Under the pieces are notes generated by a model. The model had not been told where the DNA came from. It saw only the letters and a program-made list of their open reading frames with translations, and searched no databases. A stretch of 64,000 bases of DNA from Phycisphaerae bacterium (GTDB lineage Bacteria; Planctomycetota; Phycisphaerae; UBA1845). Below are positions 26,271 through 36,100 of the stretch, one piece after another (the stretch's first letter is position 1; each line of letters begins with the position of its first letter). The position numbers and the translations under genes were made by a program. The stretch covers positions 48,313 through 112,312 of the forward strand of contig JAJDDQ010000039.1 of the NCBI GenBank assembly GCA_029260215.1, given 5' to 3'.

Positions 26271-28184
26271 TTACGTGCGCTTAAATTGGCGTTCGAGGTC
26301 TTTGACGGTCAGGCGCAGCGTTGTCGGTCGGCCATGCGGGCAGTTGCTGGACTTCTCGACCATGTCACGATGGGCGATCAAGGCGTCGATCTCCTCGCGG
26401 GTCAGCGCGTCGCCCGCCTTCACCGCAGCTTTGCAGGCCATCATGCTGAGCAGATCGTACAGAATCGTCTCGGTCGGCTCGTCCTGTCCGGTTTGTTCGA
26501 GACGATCGAACAGATCGCGTACCGCCCCAACCACGTCGCCCTCTTTCAATACAGTCGGTACGGCGTGAATCGCCACCGAGTCCGCCCCGAAGCGGGCGAT
26601 CTCCAGCCCCACCCGCTCGAACAATTCGCCGAACGTGTCCAACAGCGCAAGCTGCGATTCCGACACGTGCAGCGATTCCGGCAGCAGCAGCCGCTGGGAC
26701 TCCAACTTGCCGGAAGCAATGCGTTGCTTGAACTGCTCGAACAGCACGCGCTCGTGCAACGCATGCTGATCGATAATCATCATGCCGTCGTTCGTCTCGC
26801 ACACCAAGTAAGTATTGTGCAATTGGATCGCCCCACGCAACGGAAAATCGCTCGGCAACGCGACCGCTGCCTCGCCACCAGCATCAGCGATGCCAGCATC
26901 AGCGTCGCCGGAATCGTGCGCGACGTCACCCCCCGAATCAACCGGACGATACGCTTCGCGCCACGCCTCAAGATTCGCACCCCCGCCGCCCGTCGATCGC
27001 CCAGGCCAAGACGCAGACCGCTCACCCGACCCACGAATCCCAGGCCCGAACGCGAGGTCCGGCTGAATCGGCTGCGTCTGCTTGAATTCCTCCGCAATGC
27101 CGCTCATCAGACTGCGACGCGATTCCATATCCGACACACCACCACCCGCCGGTCGAGGCTCGAACCCGCGCTGCGTACTCAACGCCGGCGTCAGCTCAGC
27201 CCTCTGCAACGTCTCGCGCAAGGCGCTCAAAACCTGTGAATGAACAAGTCGCGCATCCTGCCAGCGAACTTCGATCTTCGTCGGATGCACGTTCACATCG
27301 ACGGCCTGCGAATCGATTGTCAAAAACAGAAACACAACCGGATGCCGATGCGGATCGATCAGACCACGGAACGACTCGCGAATAGCGTGCTGAATATTCT
27401 TGTCGCGAATGTATCGGCCATTCAAAAACGTCAATTGCCAATTGGTCGACGAACGCGCGTCCGCCGGCGGCGCTGCGTAACCCTCCAGCCTCAGCCCCGC
27501 CTCCTCGCGATCGAACTCCAGCAAACCCTCCGCCAGCTCACGACTGTAGAAACCGCCAAGCCGCGCACGACGCGAGTCCGCCGGCGACAACTGATGCACA
27601 CTTCGACCGTTGTTCTTCAGATCGAACGCGATGTGAGGGTGTGCCAGCGCGATTCGGGCGAACTGCGTGTGAACGTGCCCATATTCCGTACCAGCCGCCC
27701 GCAGAAACTTCCGCCGCGCGGGCACGTTGAAAAACAGATCACGCACCTCGACAACCGTCCCCACCGGGCAGCCAGCCGCACGGTTAGCGTGAACTTCCTC
27801 CGCCTCCACGACGATCTCCGCCCCCTCGTCCAAATTCCGAGGCCGAGACAACATGCGTAAACGCGCCACCGATCCGACACTGGCCAACGCTTCCCCGCGA
27901 AAACCGAGCGTCTCGATGTGAAACAGATCGTCTTCGTTGACCAGCTTGCTCGTCGCGTGCGAGGTGACCGCCAACCGCAAATCGTCCGCTGACATTCCGC
28001 AGCCGTCGTCGGCCACCCGAATCAAACTCCCGCCGCCCTGCTCAACCGCGACCTCAATACGCGTCGCCCCCGCATCGACGGCGTTCTCCATCAACTCCTT
28101 CACTACGCTGGCCGGCCGCTCGATGACCTCGCCCGCGGCGATCTTCTTCACAAGGATGTCCGGCAGCACGCGAATCTGGGGCAT
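26271..28184 (-). CDS. mutL: DNA mismatch repair protein MutL
   Basis: N-terminal GHKL ATPase motifs (IAAGEVIERPASVVKELMENAVDAGA, DDGCGM, GFRGEAL) and the C-terminal dimerisation/endonuclease region. Confidence 0.97.
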   Translation of the reverse strand: MPQIRVLPDILVKKIAAGEVIERPASVVKELMENAVDAGATRIEVAVEQGGGSLIRVADDGCGMSADDLRLAVTSHATSKLVNEDDLFHIETLGFRGEALASVGSVARLRMLSRPRNLDEGAEIVVEAEEVHANRAAGCPVGTVVEVRDLFFNVPARRKFLRAAGTEYGHVHTQFARIALAHPHIAFDLKNNGRSVHQLSPADSRRARLGGFYSRELAEGLLEFDREEAGLRLEGYAAPPADARSSTNWQLTFLNGRYIRDKNIQHAIRESFRGLIDPHRHPVVFLFLTIDSQAVDVNVHPTKIEVRWQDARLVHSQVLSALRETLQRAELTPALSTQRGFEPRPAGGGVSDMESRRSLMSGIAEEFKQTQPIQPDLAFGPGIRGSGERSASWPGRSTGGGGANLEAWREAYRPVDSGGDVAHDSGDADAGIADAGGEAAVALPSDFPLRGAIQLHNTYLVCETNDGMMIIDQHALHERVLFEQFKQRIASGKLESQRLLLPESLHVSESQLALLDTFGELFERVGLEIARFGADSVAIHAVPTVLKEGDVVGAVRDLFDRLEQTGQDEPTETILYDLLSMMACKAAVKAGDALTREEIDALIAHRDMVEKSSNCPHGRPTTLRLTVKDLERQFKRT

Positions 28185-28214
28185 TGATCATTTCCGTCAA
28201 TTCGTGAACGCATC

Positions 28215-28304
28215 CCATTCTGGGTGGCACGGTCTGGCGCAGCCAAGCCGCGGAGTTCCACAGCACCCACGGCCTACCGGCTGCGCCGGTACACCGTGCC
28301 ACCC
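28215..28304. repeat. Repeat family B copy 3
   Basis: CCATTCTGGGTGGCACGGTCTGGCGCAGCC....GGCTGCGCCGGTACACCGTGCCACCC, in the divergent region upstream of mutL. Confidence 0.7.
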
Positions 28305-28399
28305 TGCACTGCGAATTGCCTCCCGTTTTGGGATGCACCCTCAATTCAAGGGCCTCGTCGCATGGCGAAGCCGCGTCAGGCGAGTATAGTTACGCGCCC

Positions 28400-29062
28400 A
28401 TGACCCGACAAACCCAGCAACAACCAATCCGCGCCCTTGCCGTCGCCCTCGACGCCTGGCAGCCTGTTGATACCGACACGCTATGCGCGCAAGCATTCGA
28501 TGGCTTGGACCTTTCCGTCAATTCGTCTTCAGATATCACAGCCGAGACAATCCGCCGGAAGATTTCACCCTCCGTCCCAATCCTGTCCCTCACGCTCGAC
28601 CCGATTCCCCCCGACGTGGTAAGCGAAGCCCCCTCCCGGCGAAACGCGGCACTCGAATCGGTGGCTGGCTTCGTCGAGACAGCCGACCGCCTCGGAGCGT
28701 CATACATCTGCGTATCGCCCCCCATCGCGGCCTACGCCGACGCACTCAACGGCGCGCTTTATTGCATGCAGGAACTCGGCGACGGTGCAGAATGCGCAGG
28801 CATCTCACTGCTGCTGCGTGCTCCATGCAACGACTGCCTGCTTTCACCGGTCGAAACACGCTGCCTGCTCGAATCCCTGGCCCGTGCCAACGTCGGGCTT
28901 TGCCTCGAAATGTCAGCCTTAACAGGCGAAGGCCGTCTTGAAGACTGGCTTCAGACGAACGCACCGTTCATTCGGGCCTATCGCGGACCCGCCGCATCGC
29001 ACCACAAGCTCCCCCAGGCTCTGCGCGAAGCGAACATCCTCGCCATCACAAAAACTGTTTGA
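28400..29062 (+). CDS. Hypothetical protein (weak resemblance to xylose-isomerase-like TIM-barrel proteins)
   Basis: Codon-like ORF. Start placed at ATG 28400 because the ORF-track start lies inside repeat B3. The function call is weak. Confidence 0.45.
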   Translation: MTRQTQQQPIRALAVALDAWQPVDTDTLCAQAFDGLDLSVNSSSDITAETIRRKISPSVPILSLTLDPIPPDVVSEAPSRRNAALESVAGFVETADRLGASYICVSPPIAAYADALNGALYCMQELGDGAECAGISLLLRAPCNDCLLSPVETRCLLESLARANVGLCLEMSALTGEGRLEDWLQTNAPFIRAYRGPAASHHKLPQALREANILAITKTV

Positions 29063-30281
29063 TCAGCACCAGCACCACAACAGCGCCCGCCAGCCAGGGC
29101 AACGCATTGATGGCTGCGATGAGCACACGCACGCGATCATGCCGACCGCTCAAATGCGCCGGAGTGTCAGCCCGCGCGGGAAGCCCCTCGAATAACGAAT
29201 CGAACGACAGCAACCGGCATGCCTCCAATGCTTCCACCATGCGGTCAGCAGCCGCGTAACGATCGCCAGCCTCATTGGCGCACGCCTTCGTAATAACGTC
29301 GGCGACCCGCTTTATGTCCCAGTGCATGCCGCCGTCAAAGACCTCGACCGGCAACACCGGGAATCCCTTCGCGTCAGGCCCGACGAGCATCTCGAACAGC
29401 ACCCGCCCCATCGCGAACACGTCAGCCGTCTCATCCATCTTCCGATCAGGCGGCATGTACTCCGGCGTACCCACCTGAGACGGACCAGCCGTGTTGGCTG
29501 TCAACATGCCAATGTCCGCCAGCTTCGGCTGATGATCGACAAAAACGATATTAGCCGGCTTGATGTCGCGATGGGCCAACCCCGTCTCGTGCAATCGCGA
29601 CAGACCCCGCAACAAACGCAGCACAACCTCGATGGCGGTGTCCGGGCTTAGCGCGCCCTTGCGAATAACGCTGCGCAGCGTCAGAGGCCTGTAATCACGC
29701 GGTAATTTGTCATGCACCGGGCGACGCGTACCGTCGTCGTCCGCCAGTTCCATCGTGTAATACAACGCGGTTCCGCGCATGCCGACGTGGAAAATCTGAA
29801 TCAGGTTCGGATGACGGCGAACGCGGCGGCAGTATGTCTCCAGCGCCGTGGATTCCCGGCATTGCACATTCGCCGACTTCAAACGCGACAGGTCGATCGT
29901 CTTCAGCGCCCGATGCAGCCCGACGCGATCGCGCACCGCCCACACCGTCCCGAATGCACCCGAGCCGCACATGCGCACGCGATCGTAATCGGGAATATCC
30001 CACGAATAAACGTCTGCGTCAGCCCCAGCTGGCGGAAGCATGCGCGAATCAACCTCCACCGTCGAAGCCGTCGGATCGGCATGCGTGCGCGTATCGAAGA
30101 CCGCCTCACGCACCGCGCTGCGAATCACGCGCGAATCGAAATCCTCCCGGCGAAACCGTTCGAGGTGCTGGACACAGGTGTCACACGTATCAACATGCCG
30201 CCACAGCGCGTCCGATTCTTCATCGGGAACGTCGCCGGTTTCGAGGCGTTTCAGAATCGCCAGTTCCGGACATGCTTCCAT
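29046..30281 (-). CDS. Ser/Thr protein kinase with N-terminal zinc-binding anti-sigma (ZAS, H-x3-C-x2-C) motif and C-terminal TM anchor
   Basis: HVDTCDTC near the N-terminus. Hanks kinase motifs are present: GSGAFGTV, ALK, HRDIKPAN, DIG (DFG-like), GTPEYMPPD. C-terminal TM (INALPWLAGAVVVLVLI). Starts 1 nt after the ECF sigma stop. Confidence 0.9.
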   Translation of the reverse strand: MEACPELAILKRLETGDVPDEESDALWRHVDTCDTCVQHLERFRREDFDSRVIRSAVREAVFDTRTHADPTASTVEVDSRMLPPAGADADVYSWDIPDYDRVRMCGSGAFGTVWAVRDRVGLHRALKTIDLSRLKSANVQCRESTALETYCRRVRRHPNLIQIFHVGMRGTALYYTMELADDDGTRRPVHDKLPRDYRPLTLRSVIRKGALSPDTAIEVVLRLLRGLSRLHETGLAHRDIKPANIVFVDHQPKLADIGMLTANTAGPSQVGTPEYMPPDRKMDETADVFAMGRVLFEMLVGPDAKGFPVLPVEVFDGGMHWDIKRVADVITKACANEAGDRYAAADRMVEALEACRLLSFDSLFEGLPARADTPAHLSGRHDRVRVLIAAINALPWLAGAVVVLVLIKQFL

Positions 30282-30282
30282 T

Positions 30283-30852
30283 TCAAACGATTCCGTCGGC
30301 CAGCTCGTCCCAGTGCTTCTTGATGCGGGACATCACGCGATGCTTGGCTGCGTAGATTTGACTGGGCGTTACACCGAGGCGTGCGACAATCTCCGAAACG
30401 GGCAACTCATCCACCACGTACAACTCGAACGCGTCGAACGTCGTCTTGGCCACCTCGTCGCGTACCTGATTCAAACAGTACAGCAGGTGCGTTCGATTCC
30501 ACTGTCGCTCCCAAACCAGAGCGGGGTTCTCCTCCTTCGACTCAGCCTTGGCGAAATCACCCGTCCGCGCCCCGCGCTCCATGCGACGCTTGCGCAGTTG
30601 GTCGTTTACCTTGTTGTCGATCATCCCGTGCAGCCAGCCGCGAAAACTCTTGCGACGCTGAAAACCCTCGATCCCCGAAACCACAGCCGTCATGCACTGC
30701 TGGGCAATGTCCTCAGCCTCAGTCGAATTCAACCCGCGCGCAGCCGCATACCGCACCAACAGAGGCCTGTAGATGCGATCGAACTCCTCCCACGAGGCAC
30801 TGTCATCCAGGTCCTTGATGCGTTTGAGCAGGCTGAATCGCGTTTCGCTCAT
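30283..30852 (-). CDS. ECF-type RNA polymerase sigma factor (kinase-associated type)
   Basis: Region 2 (EDIAQQCMTAVVSGIEGF...FRGWLHGMIDNKVNDQLR) and region 4 (TFDAFELYVVDELPVSEIVARLGVTPSQIYAAKHRV). Confidence 0.9.
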   Translation of the reverse strand: MSETRFSLLKRIKDLDDSASWEEFDRIYRPLLVRYAAARGLNSTEAEDIAQQCMTAVVSGIEGFQRRKSFRGWLHGMIDNKVNDQLRKRRMERGARTGDFAKAESKEENPALVWERQWNRTHLLYCLNQVRDEVAKTTFDAFELYVVDELPVSEIVARLGVTPSQIYAAKHRVMSRIKKHWDELADGIV

Positions 30853-30967
30853 GCGTTTCCGTACATATCCGTCCCGTCAGAATCGGCACCGGCCACCAAC
30901 CGCCACCACCGCTGTATTCTATCCAGTCTTGAGCGAAGTCCCAATCAACAATTTGGACCAGCGAAGC

Positions 30968-30996
30968 GTGTGGCACCGGTTTTCAACCGGTGCAAG
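30968..30996. repeat. Repeat family C copy 3 (GTGTGGCACCGGTTTTCAACCGGTGCAAG)
   Basis: Same hairpin core as 14991-15016 and 19221-19249, in opposite orientation. Confidence 0.55.
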
Positions 30997-31074
30997 CGAC
31001 AGTGCTCTACATGGAAATGATTGCTTGACCGGTAAATACACTGGCTGGATACGCACATCACCAGCCCGCAACGA

Positions 31075-31623
31075 TCAGTACAGGAGATGCCCATCGCCGG
31101 AGTCGCGAAACTTCTGCTGCTCCCAACCGCGACGCACAAGACCCAAGCCATGAGCACAAACCTCGAATTCGCGACTCAGCAGTTTGAGCACCGAGCGCGG
31201 CGGGTCGGAATTGTCGTCGAACAGGTGCGAAGCGATCCCGTAGGACTCCTTGCCGCGATCGACGTAGACGACGTACCCGTCCGGGTTGATGCCCGTTTCC
31301 TGCCGGCCTATCTGCTCCGGAAAAACGCCGGCCCAGAACAACGCGTAGTCGCCGATGTAACGATGCATATCACGACGGTTCATAGGCCGACCGTGTACGT
31401 CTTCGCCTTCGACAGCCTCCGCCATAGACGCAACAGATTGCAGCGCACGCCCTTCGTTGTCGGTGAAACGGTACAGACTGTCCACGTGAATGAACTCGAT
31501 CAACAGCCCGACGAGATACTCGGTCAGCTCCGGATCACAAAGCCCGACCTCCACGCACAACGCGCTCTCAACCAGCCCGCCGAATAGCTTGCGCAACGGG
31601 TGACGTTTTTCGTTCCATTGCAT
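31075..31623 (-). CDS. Hypothetical protein
   Basis: 182-aa ORF with coding-like composition. No recognisable motif. Confidence 0.6.
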   Translation of the reverse strand: MQWNEKRHPLRKLFGGLVESALCVEVGLCDPELTEYLVGLLIEFIHVDSLYRFTDNEGRALQSVASMAEAVEGEDVHGRPMNRRDMHRYIGDYALFWAGVFPEQIGRQETGINPDGYVVYVDRGKESYGIASHLFDDNSDPPRSVLKLLSREFEVCAHGLGLVRRGWEQQKFRDSGDGHLLY

Positions 31624-31773
31624 GAGGCCCCGTCCTCGCCCCCGTCACCGGGAGCGCATTCTCCGCCCGAAGAAACCATCGTCCGCTTCCATTTCTATTT
31701 TACGATTACACCAGCCCCAAGGGCAAACAGGAAATGAAAAAGGAATTGAATCGCCGCCGATAAAAAACGGAAA

Positions 31774-31868
31774 AAGACGAACAGAGCCGCGACCCTGAGA
31801 GCGACCAATGAGGGAGCACGAAGGGAGCGGTGGATCGTAAGGAAGCGATGGATCGCAAGGAAGCGACC
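31774..31868. repeat. Repeat family D copy with internal 21-bp duplication
   Basis: AAGACGAACAGAGCCGCGACCCTGAGAGCGACC...GGAGCGGTGGATCGTAAGGAAGCGATGGATCGCAAGGAAGCGACC. Confidence 0.55.
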
Positions 31869-31946
31869 AAACAATCAACAAGGCCCGATACGAGATTCCC
31901 GATCTCATCGAAACCGGCACGCACTCCGCCCACTCACGACGTCGAA

Positions 31947-33005
31947 TTACTCAGGCTTTTCAGCTTCAGCCCCCCCACCGTTGCTTCCCACGGGCACGGG
32001 CTTCGGCGAGGGTCTCGCGGTCTTCTTGGAGCTGCTCACCGCGCGTTTGCGTGCAGTGGCCTGCTTGCCCTTGAGCAACTGGCGCTCGCGCTGTGCTTCG
32101 TCCGGAATCTGGTCGAGGCGCCCCTTCAACTCGGCGAAAAGATCGTTCACCGGCTTGAACAACTGCTTGCGCTTTGCGTTCCATATCTTGCGCTGCGCGA
32201 CCTTGCCCTCGTTCATTTTCTTATTGACGATATCGATTTGTTTCCGATTCGTCTCGCGGAAGTCACTGGCGCGCAGCTTGATCTCGCGCAGGATCGAACG
32301 AGCCGACTCAACCTGATCCGGCTTCAACTCGAAATCAGCGATGAATTTCTTCACGTAAATGTCGAAAATTGCGTCGCGTTCCGGGTCTTCCTGAGGCTTC
32401 GGATGGTAAAGACTGTCCTTGTCCGGCTTGGTCGGGCGACGCGGCTCCAGACGGCGCTTGGCCTGCGGAAAAATCGATCCCGAGATCGGCTCACCCTTCG
32501 CCCACGCCTCGAAATTCTTTTCCATACCCTCGAACGTGCCGTCCATCTGACGCAGATCCCAATCGTGGAGCAGTTTCTGCTCGTCGGTCAGAATCTCTCG
32601 CCACTCGGTGTTCGAGGAATAAATCTCCTGCTTCGCTTCCTCGATAATCCTCAGCGCACGCGGGCCAAGCCGCTTTGCGGTTTCCGCATCGGGTGCCTCC
32701 CCGTTCCGCTGATGCATCACCAAATCGCGCAGCAGAGGCCAAACCTCGTCGCGATGACTTTCCAGAAAACCGTTGACGCGCGTGGTCAGCATCTCGCGAG
32801 TAAACTCCGTCTGCCGCTCGGTGAGGTTGTAGCGACGCGCCAGATTCTTGACGGCCATGTCCAGAATCTTCGAGGTCTCCCAGAAGCTCTCAACTTCCGC
32901 CTTGGCACCGTCGTTCTTCGGGGCGGCGGTCTGACCGATGGCAGCCAGCCCGGAAACGAGCGTCCCAATACTGAAAACAGCTAAAAGCACATTCCGTTGA
33001 TTCAC
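31947..33005 (-). CDS. Secreted helical protein with LTxxQ-like motifs (Spy/CpxP-like, tentative)
   Basis: Signal peptide (VLLAVFSIGTLVSGLAAIGQ). Motifs NLTERQ, ILTDEQ and LKPDQ. Lys/Arg-rich tail. GTG start. Confidence 0.65.
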   Translation of the reverse strand: MNQRNVLLAVFSIGTLVSGLAAIGQTAAPKNDGAKAEVESFWETSKILDMAVKNLARRYNLTERQTEFTREMLTTRVNGFLESHRDEVWPLLRDLVMHQRNGEAPDAETAKRLGPRALRIIEEAKQEIYSSNTEWREILTDEQKLLHDWDLRQMDGTFEGMEKNFEAWAKGEPISGSIFPQAKRRLEPRRPTKPDKDSLYHPKPQEDPERDAIFDIYVKKFIADFELKPDQVESARSILREIKLRASDFRETNRKQIDIVNKKMNEGKVAQRKIWNAKRKQLFKPVNDLFAELKGRLDQIPDEAQRERQLLKGKQATARKRAVSSSKKTARPSPKPVPVGSNGGGAEAEKPE

Positions 33006-33154
33006 GATGTCGATTCTCCCAAGTGCCTGAATTCCTGCCGGGCGACCCAGCCGACGCTAAGCAGCCCTCGTGCTATCTTTATAGTAATGACCGACTGTCC
33101 GGGTTGCACAAGTTTCGCCGGAGCGGTCGTACCGGCGTGTCGGCGGGGAAATCC

Positions 33155-34507
33155 CTAGCTCCCGGCCCGAAAACGACCTGAAAAAGGCCACCAGCCAAAC
33201 AGCTTATCTGTGATCCGACGTACCCGCGCCCGCCAAAGCCCATCCCGAAGCTGCGCCAAAAGCGTGTTATCAGGCTCAACAGACAAACCGTAATCGATCA
33301 TCGCACGGGCATCCTTGAAACGCCCCAGCTTCTGATACGCGAGCGTCGTCTTCACCACGGCCAGAATATAGTCCGGCTTGAGTTCGAGCGCCCGCCGGCA
33401 ATGCAGGATGCCACCCGAATAATCTCCACTGAGGAAACAGCACACGCCAAGATTGTGGTGCGCGCTGGGAACATTGTCGTCGATCGCGATCACCCGGCGA
33501 AACTGCTCCGCAGCCGCCGTCGGACGCCGAAGCCAAAGCTGGCAGTTGCCCAGCAGCAACAAACCCTCCTTGTTTGTCGGCTCCGCTTCGATCGCTTTCC
33601 GCAGGGATTTTTCAGCATCCGCATGTCGGCCCAGCTTCAAATAAGCGGAACCGATGTGAAGGTCCACGCCCGCGTAAGCGGGGTCCAACACGCGCGTGCG
33701 CTCCATACCCCGGAGCGCCGCCTCGGCGTCGTCATTCGCAAGCTGTAACTGAGCCAACGCGAAATGAGCGTCGGCCTGGTCCGGGTCCAGTTCGATGACC
33801 TGACGAAACTTCGTCATAGCGCCTTCGACGTTGCCGATCTCAGCCAGCAAATCGCCCATCTCGTAAAGCACGTCTGTATCGCCCGGGTCGGACCGAACAG
33901 CCGAACGGTAGTGCGTTTCCGCCTTGGCCATGTCGCCCATCGCACGGTACGCGCGGGCCATCTGACCCTTCACGTCGTCATACGAGGGGTCCAGTTGCTG
34001 AACCCGATTCCAGCAGTACAACGCCCGGTCAAACTTGCCTCGGTCGGCCAGTGAATTGCCCATGTGGAAGTAGCAATGCGGGCAATTCTCGTCCAACTGC
34101 TGAGCAAGATAAAACGCTTCTTCAGCCTGATCGTGCTGGCCTAACTCCGCATGAACCATGATCCGGTAGCAGTACGCAGGCTCGAAATCGGGATAAAGCT
34201 CTATCAAGCGGTGGAAACACCGCAAGCCGGCAGAAAACCGACCGATGCGCGCGCAATCGATACCCTGCGCCAGCAGGAGATCGCGGTCGTCGGGTTCATT
34301 GACCAGCGCCTTTTCGTACGACGCGATTGCATCCTCGAAACGCTCAAGCTGATCGAGTAAAAACCCCCGCTGCGCAAGCCAGGACGAGTTGCTGGCGTTG
34401 ATCTCCAGCGCAGCGTCAAGCTCGCACAAAGCCTCAGCCCAGCGCTTGGATTCCGACAATTGTTGTGCCCGCTCGGCACGTGATTCGGCGTCATGCCAAT
34501 CGTTCAT
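33155..34507 (-). CDS. Tetratricopeptide (TPR) repeat protein
   Basis: About 11 consecutive 34-aa TPR-like units (e.g. AEEAFYLAQQLDENCPHCYFHMGNSLADRGKFDRALYCWNRVQQLDP). Confidence 0.9.
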   Translation of the reverse strand: MNDWHDAESRAERAQQLSESKRWAEALCELDAALEINASNSSWLAQRGFLLDQLERFEDAIASYEKALVNEPDDRDLLLAQGIDCARIGRFSAGLRCFHRLIELYPDFEPAYCYRIMVHAELGQHDQAEEAFYLAQQLDENCPHCYFHMGNSLADRGKFDRALYCWNRVQQLDPSYDDVKGQMARAYRAMGDMAKAETHYRSAVRSDPGDTDVLYEMGDLLAEIGNVEGAMTKFRQVIELDPDQADAHFALAQLQLANDDAEAALRGMERTRVLDPAYAGVDLHIGSAYLKLGRHADAEKSLRKAIEAEPTNKEGLLLLGNCQLWLRRPTAAAEQFRRVIAIDDNVPSAHHNLGVCCFLSGDYSGGILHCRRALELKPDYILAVVKTTLAYQKLGRFKDARAMIDYGLSVEPDNTLLAQLRDGLWRARVRRITDKLFGWWPFSGRFRAGS

Positions 34508-34659
34508 AGCTCTAACCTGCGACTCGCTCCTATAACACTGCCAACGACGATTTTATCAGCCAGTCTGCCCGTGGGCAACAATTTTGATTCGGTTTTCACC
34601 CACCAAATCACCTTTCATCTTCCGCCACACCGAAATCCCGGTCCATCGGCCAACGTTTG

Positions 34660-34687
34660 TTGACCCAGCCACAGACCATTTTACAAT
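34660..34687 (+). promoter_or_regulatory. Sigma70-type promoter upstream of ychF
   Basis: TTGACC (34660-34665), a 16-nt spacer, then TACAAT (34682-34687), 28 nt before the GTG start. Confidence 0.4.
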
Positions 34688-34714
34688 CGCGGCCTGACTT
34701 TTGGAGATTTTTTT

Positions 34715-35779
34715 GTGAACGCAGCCTTCGTGGGATTCCCACTTTCCGGTAAGTCAACGCTTACAGCCGCCGCCACGGGCATTCCCATTGACCCCTCGGC
34801 CATGCCGCATGCCCGCAAAGCGGTGGTTAAGGTGCCCGACGACCGGTTGAACGTGCTTTCGGACATGTACAAACCGAAAAAAAACACCCCAGCCACCATC
34901 GAGTATATCGACGTACCCGGCTTTTCACTCGCGGACCAGAAAGGCCTGGAGGATTTCAAGCGGTATCTGCCCGAAATTCGCAAGGCTGAACTGCTCGTGG
35001 CGGTGGTTCGCGCGTTTGAGAACCCCTCCGTGCCGGCTTATCGGAATCGCGTGGACGCCGACGCCGATTTGGGCGAATTTCGGGACGAACTGGTTCTGGC
35101 CGACCTTGAGACGATTTCCAACCGCGTGGACAAGCTGATCCAATCGCTGAAAAAACCCTCGAAATCCCACGATCTTGAAAAACGCGAGCTTGAGGTTCTC
35201 GAGGTCTGCAAGGACGCGCTCGAGGCGGAAAAACCGCTTTTTCAGACGCTCACCAACGATGAACAGCGGCGAACGGTGGCCAGTTTCGCCCTTTTGACGC
35301 TGAAACCGCTGCTCGTGGTGTTCAACGTGTCGGAGGACCGGGCGGCTGAAACCGACCCGCCCGTCCCCGAGCACGCGGCTGGCGTAGTCAACGTGTGTGC
35401 CGCGATTGAAGAGGAAATCGCCCTTCTTGACGCCGACGATGGGCGAGCATTTCTGGAGGACCTCGGCTTGAAAGAGCCAGCCGGTGCCCGGCTGATTCGG
35501 AAATGCTACGAATCGCTGGGGCTGGTGTCGTTTTTGACCGCCGGGGCCGACGAAGTTCGGGCGTGGACCATCCGCAAGGGCAGCGACGCTGTCGAGGCAG
35601 CCAGCAAAATTCATTCCGATATCGCCCGGGGCTTCATTCGCGCGGAGACCGTCGCATTCGCCGACATGATCGAAAACGGCGATTTCAAGGCGGCGAAGTC
35701 CGCCGGCAAGGTGCGTCAGGAGGGCAAAACGTACGTCGTTCAGGACGGCGATATTATCAACTTCAAGTTCAATGTCTGA
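34715..35779 (+). CDS. ychF: Redox-regulated ATPase YchF
   Basis: A degenerate P-loop (GFPLSGKST), a coiled-coil insertion, and the conserved C-terminal TGS-like domain (RAWTIRKGSDAVEAASKIHSDIARGFIRAE...GKTYVVQDGDIINFKFNV). Confidence 0.92.
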   Translation: MNAAFVGFPLSGKSTLTAAATGIPIDPSAMPHARKAVVKVPDDRLNVLSDMYKPKKNTPATIEYIDVPGFSLADQKGLEDFKRYLPEIRKAELLVAVVRAFENPSVPAYRNRVDADADLGEFRDELVLADLETISNRVDKLIQSLKKPSKSHDLEKRELEVLEVCKDALEAEKPLFQTLTNDEQRRTVASFALLTLKPLLVVFNVSEDRAAETDPPVPEHAAGVVNVCAAIEEEIALLDADDGRAFLEDLGLKEPAGARLIRKCYESLGLVSFLTAGADEVRAWTIRKGSDAVEAASKIHSDIARGFIRAETVAFADMIENGDFKAAKSAGKVRQEGKTYVVQDGDIINFKFNV

Positions 35780-35788
35780 GGGTCAGCC

Positions 35789-36100
35789 ATGTCCTGCCTG
35801 ATGGAATTTTCAATGTCGCCGATGGACAAGGGGCCTTCGGTGGGAAAATACGTGGCGAGATCGATCGAAATCATCGACAAGAGCGGGCTGCCGTATCGGC
35901 TGAATCCGATGGGGACCGTGCTTGAGGGCGATTTCGACGCATGCATCAGCGTGATTCGGGCCTGCCACGAACGGATGAGCGTGGACTGCGAGCGTATCTC
36001 CTGTTCGGTCAAAATCGACTACCGCCGCGGACGAACGGATGGCTTGACAGCCAAGACGCAGCGAATCGAAGAAACTCTGAAACGATCGATACCCCAGTAG
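35789..36100 (+). CDS. MTH1187/YkoF-family (DUF77) thiamine-binding-like protein
   Basis: About 100 aa with MEFSMSPMDKGPSVGKYVARSIEII..SGLPYRLNPMGTVLEGDFD, matching the family pattern. Confidence 0.82.
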   Translation: MSCLMEFSMSPMDKGPSVGKYVARSIEIIDKSGLPYRLNPMGTVLEGDFDACISVIRACHERMSVDCERISCSVKIDYRRGRTDGLTAKTQRIEETLKRSIPQ

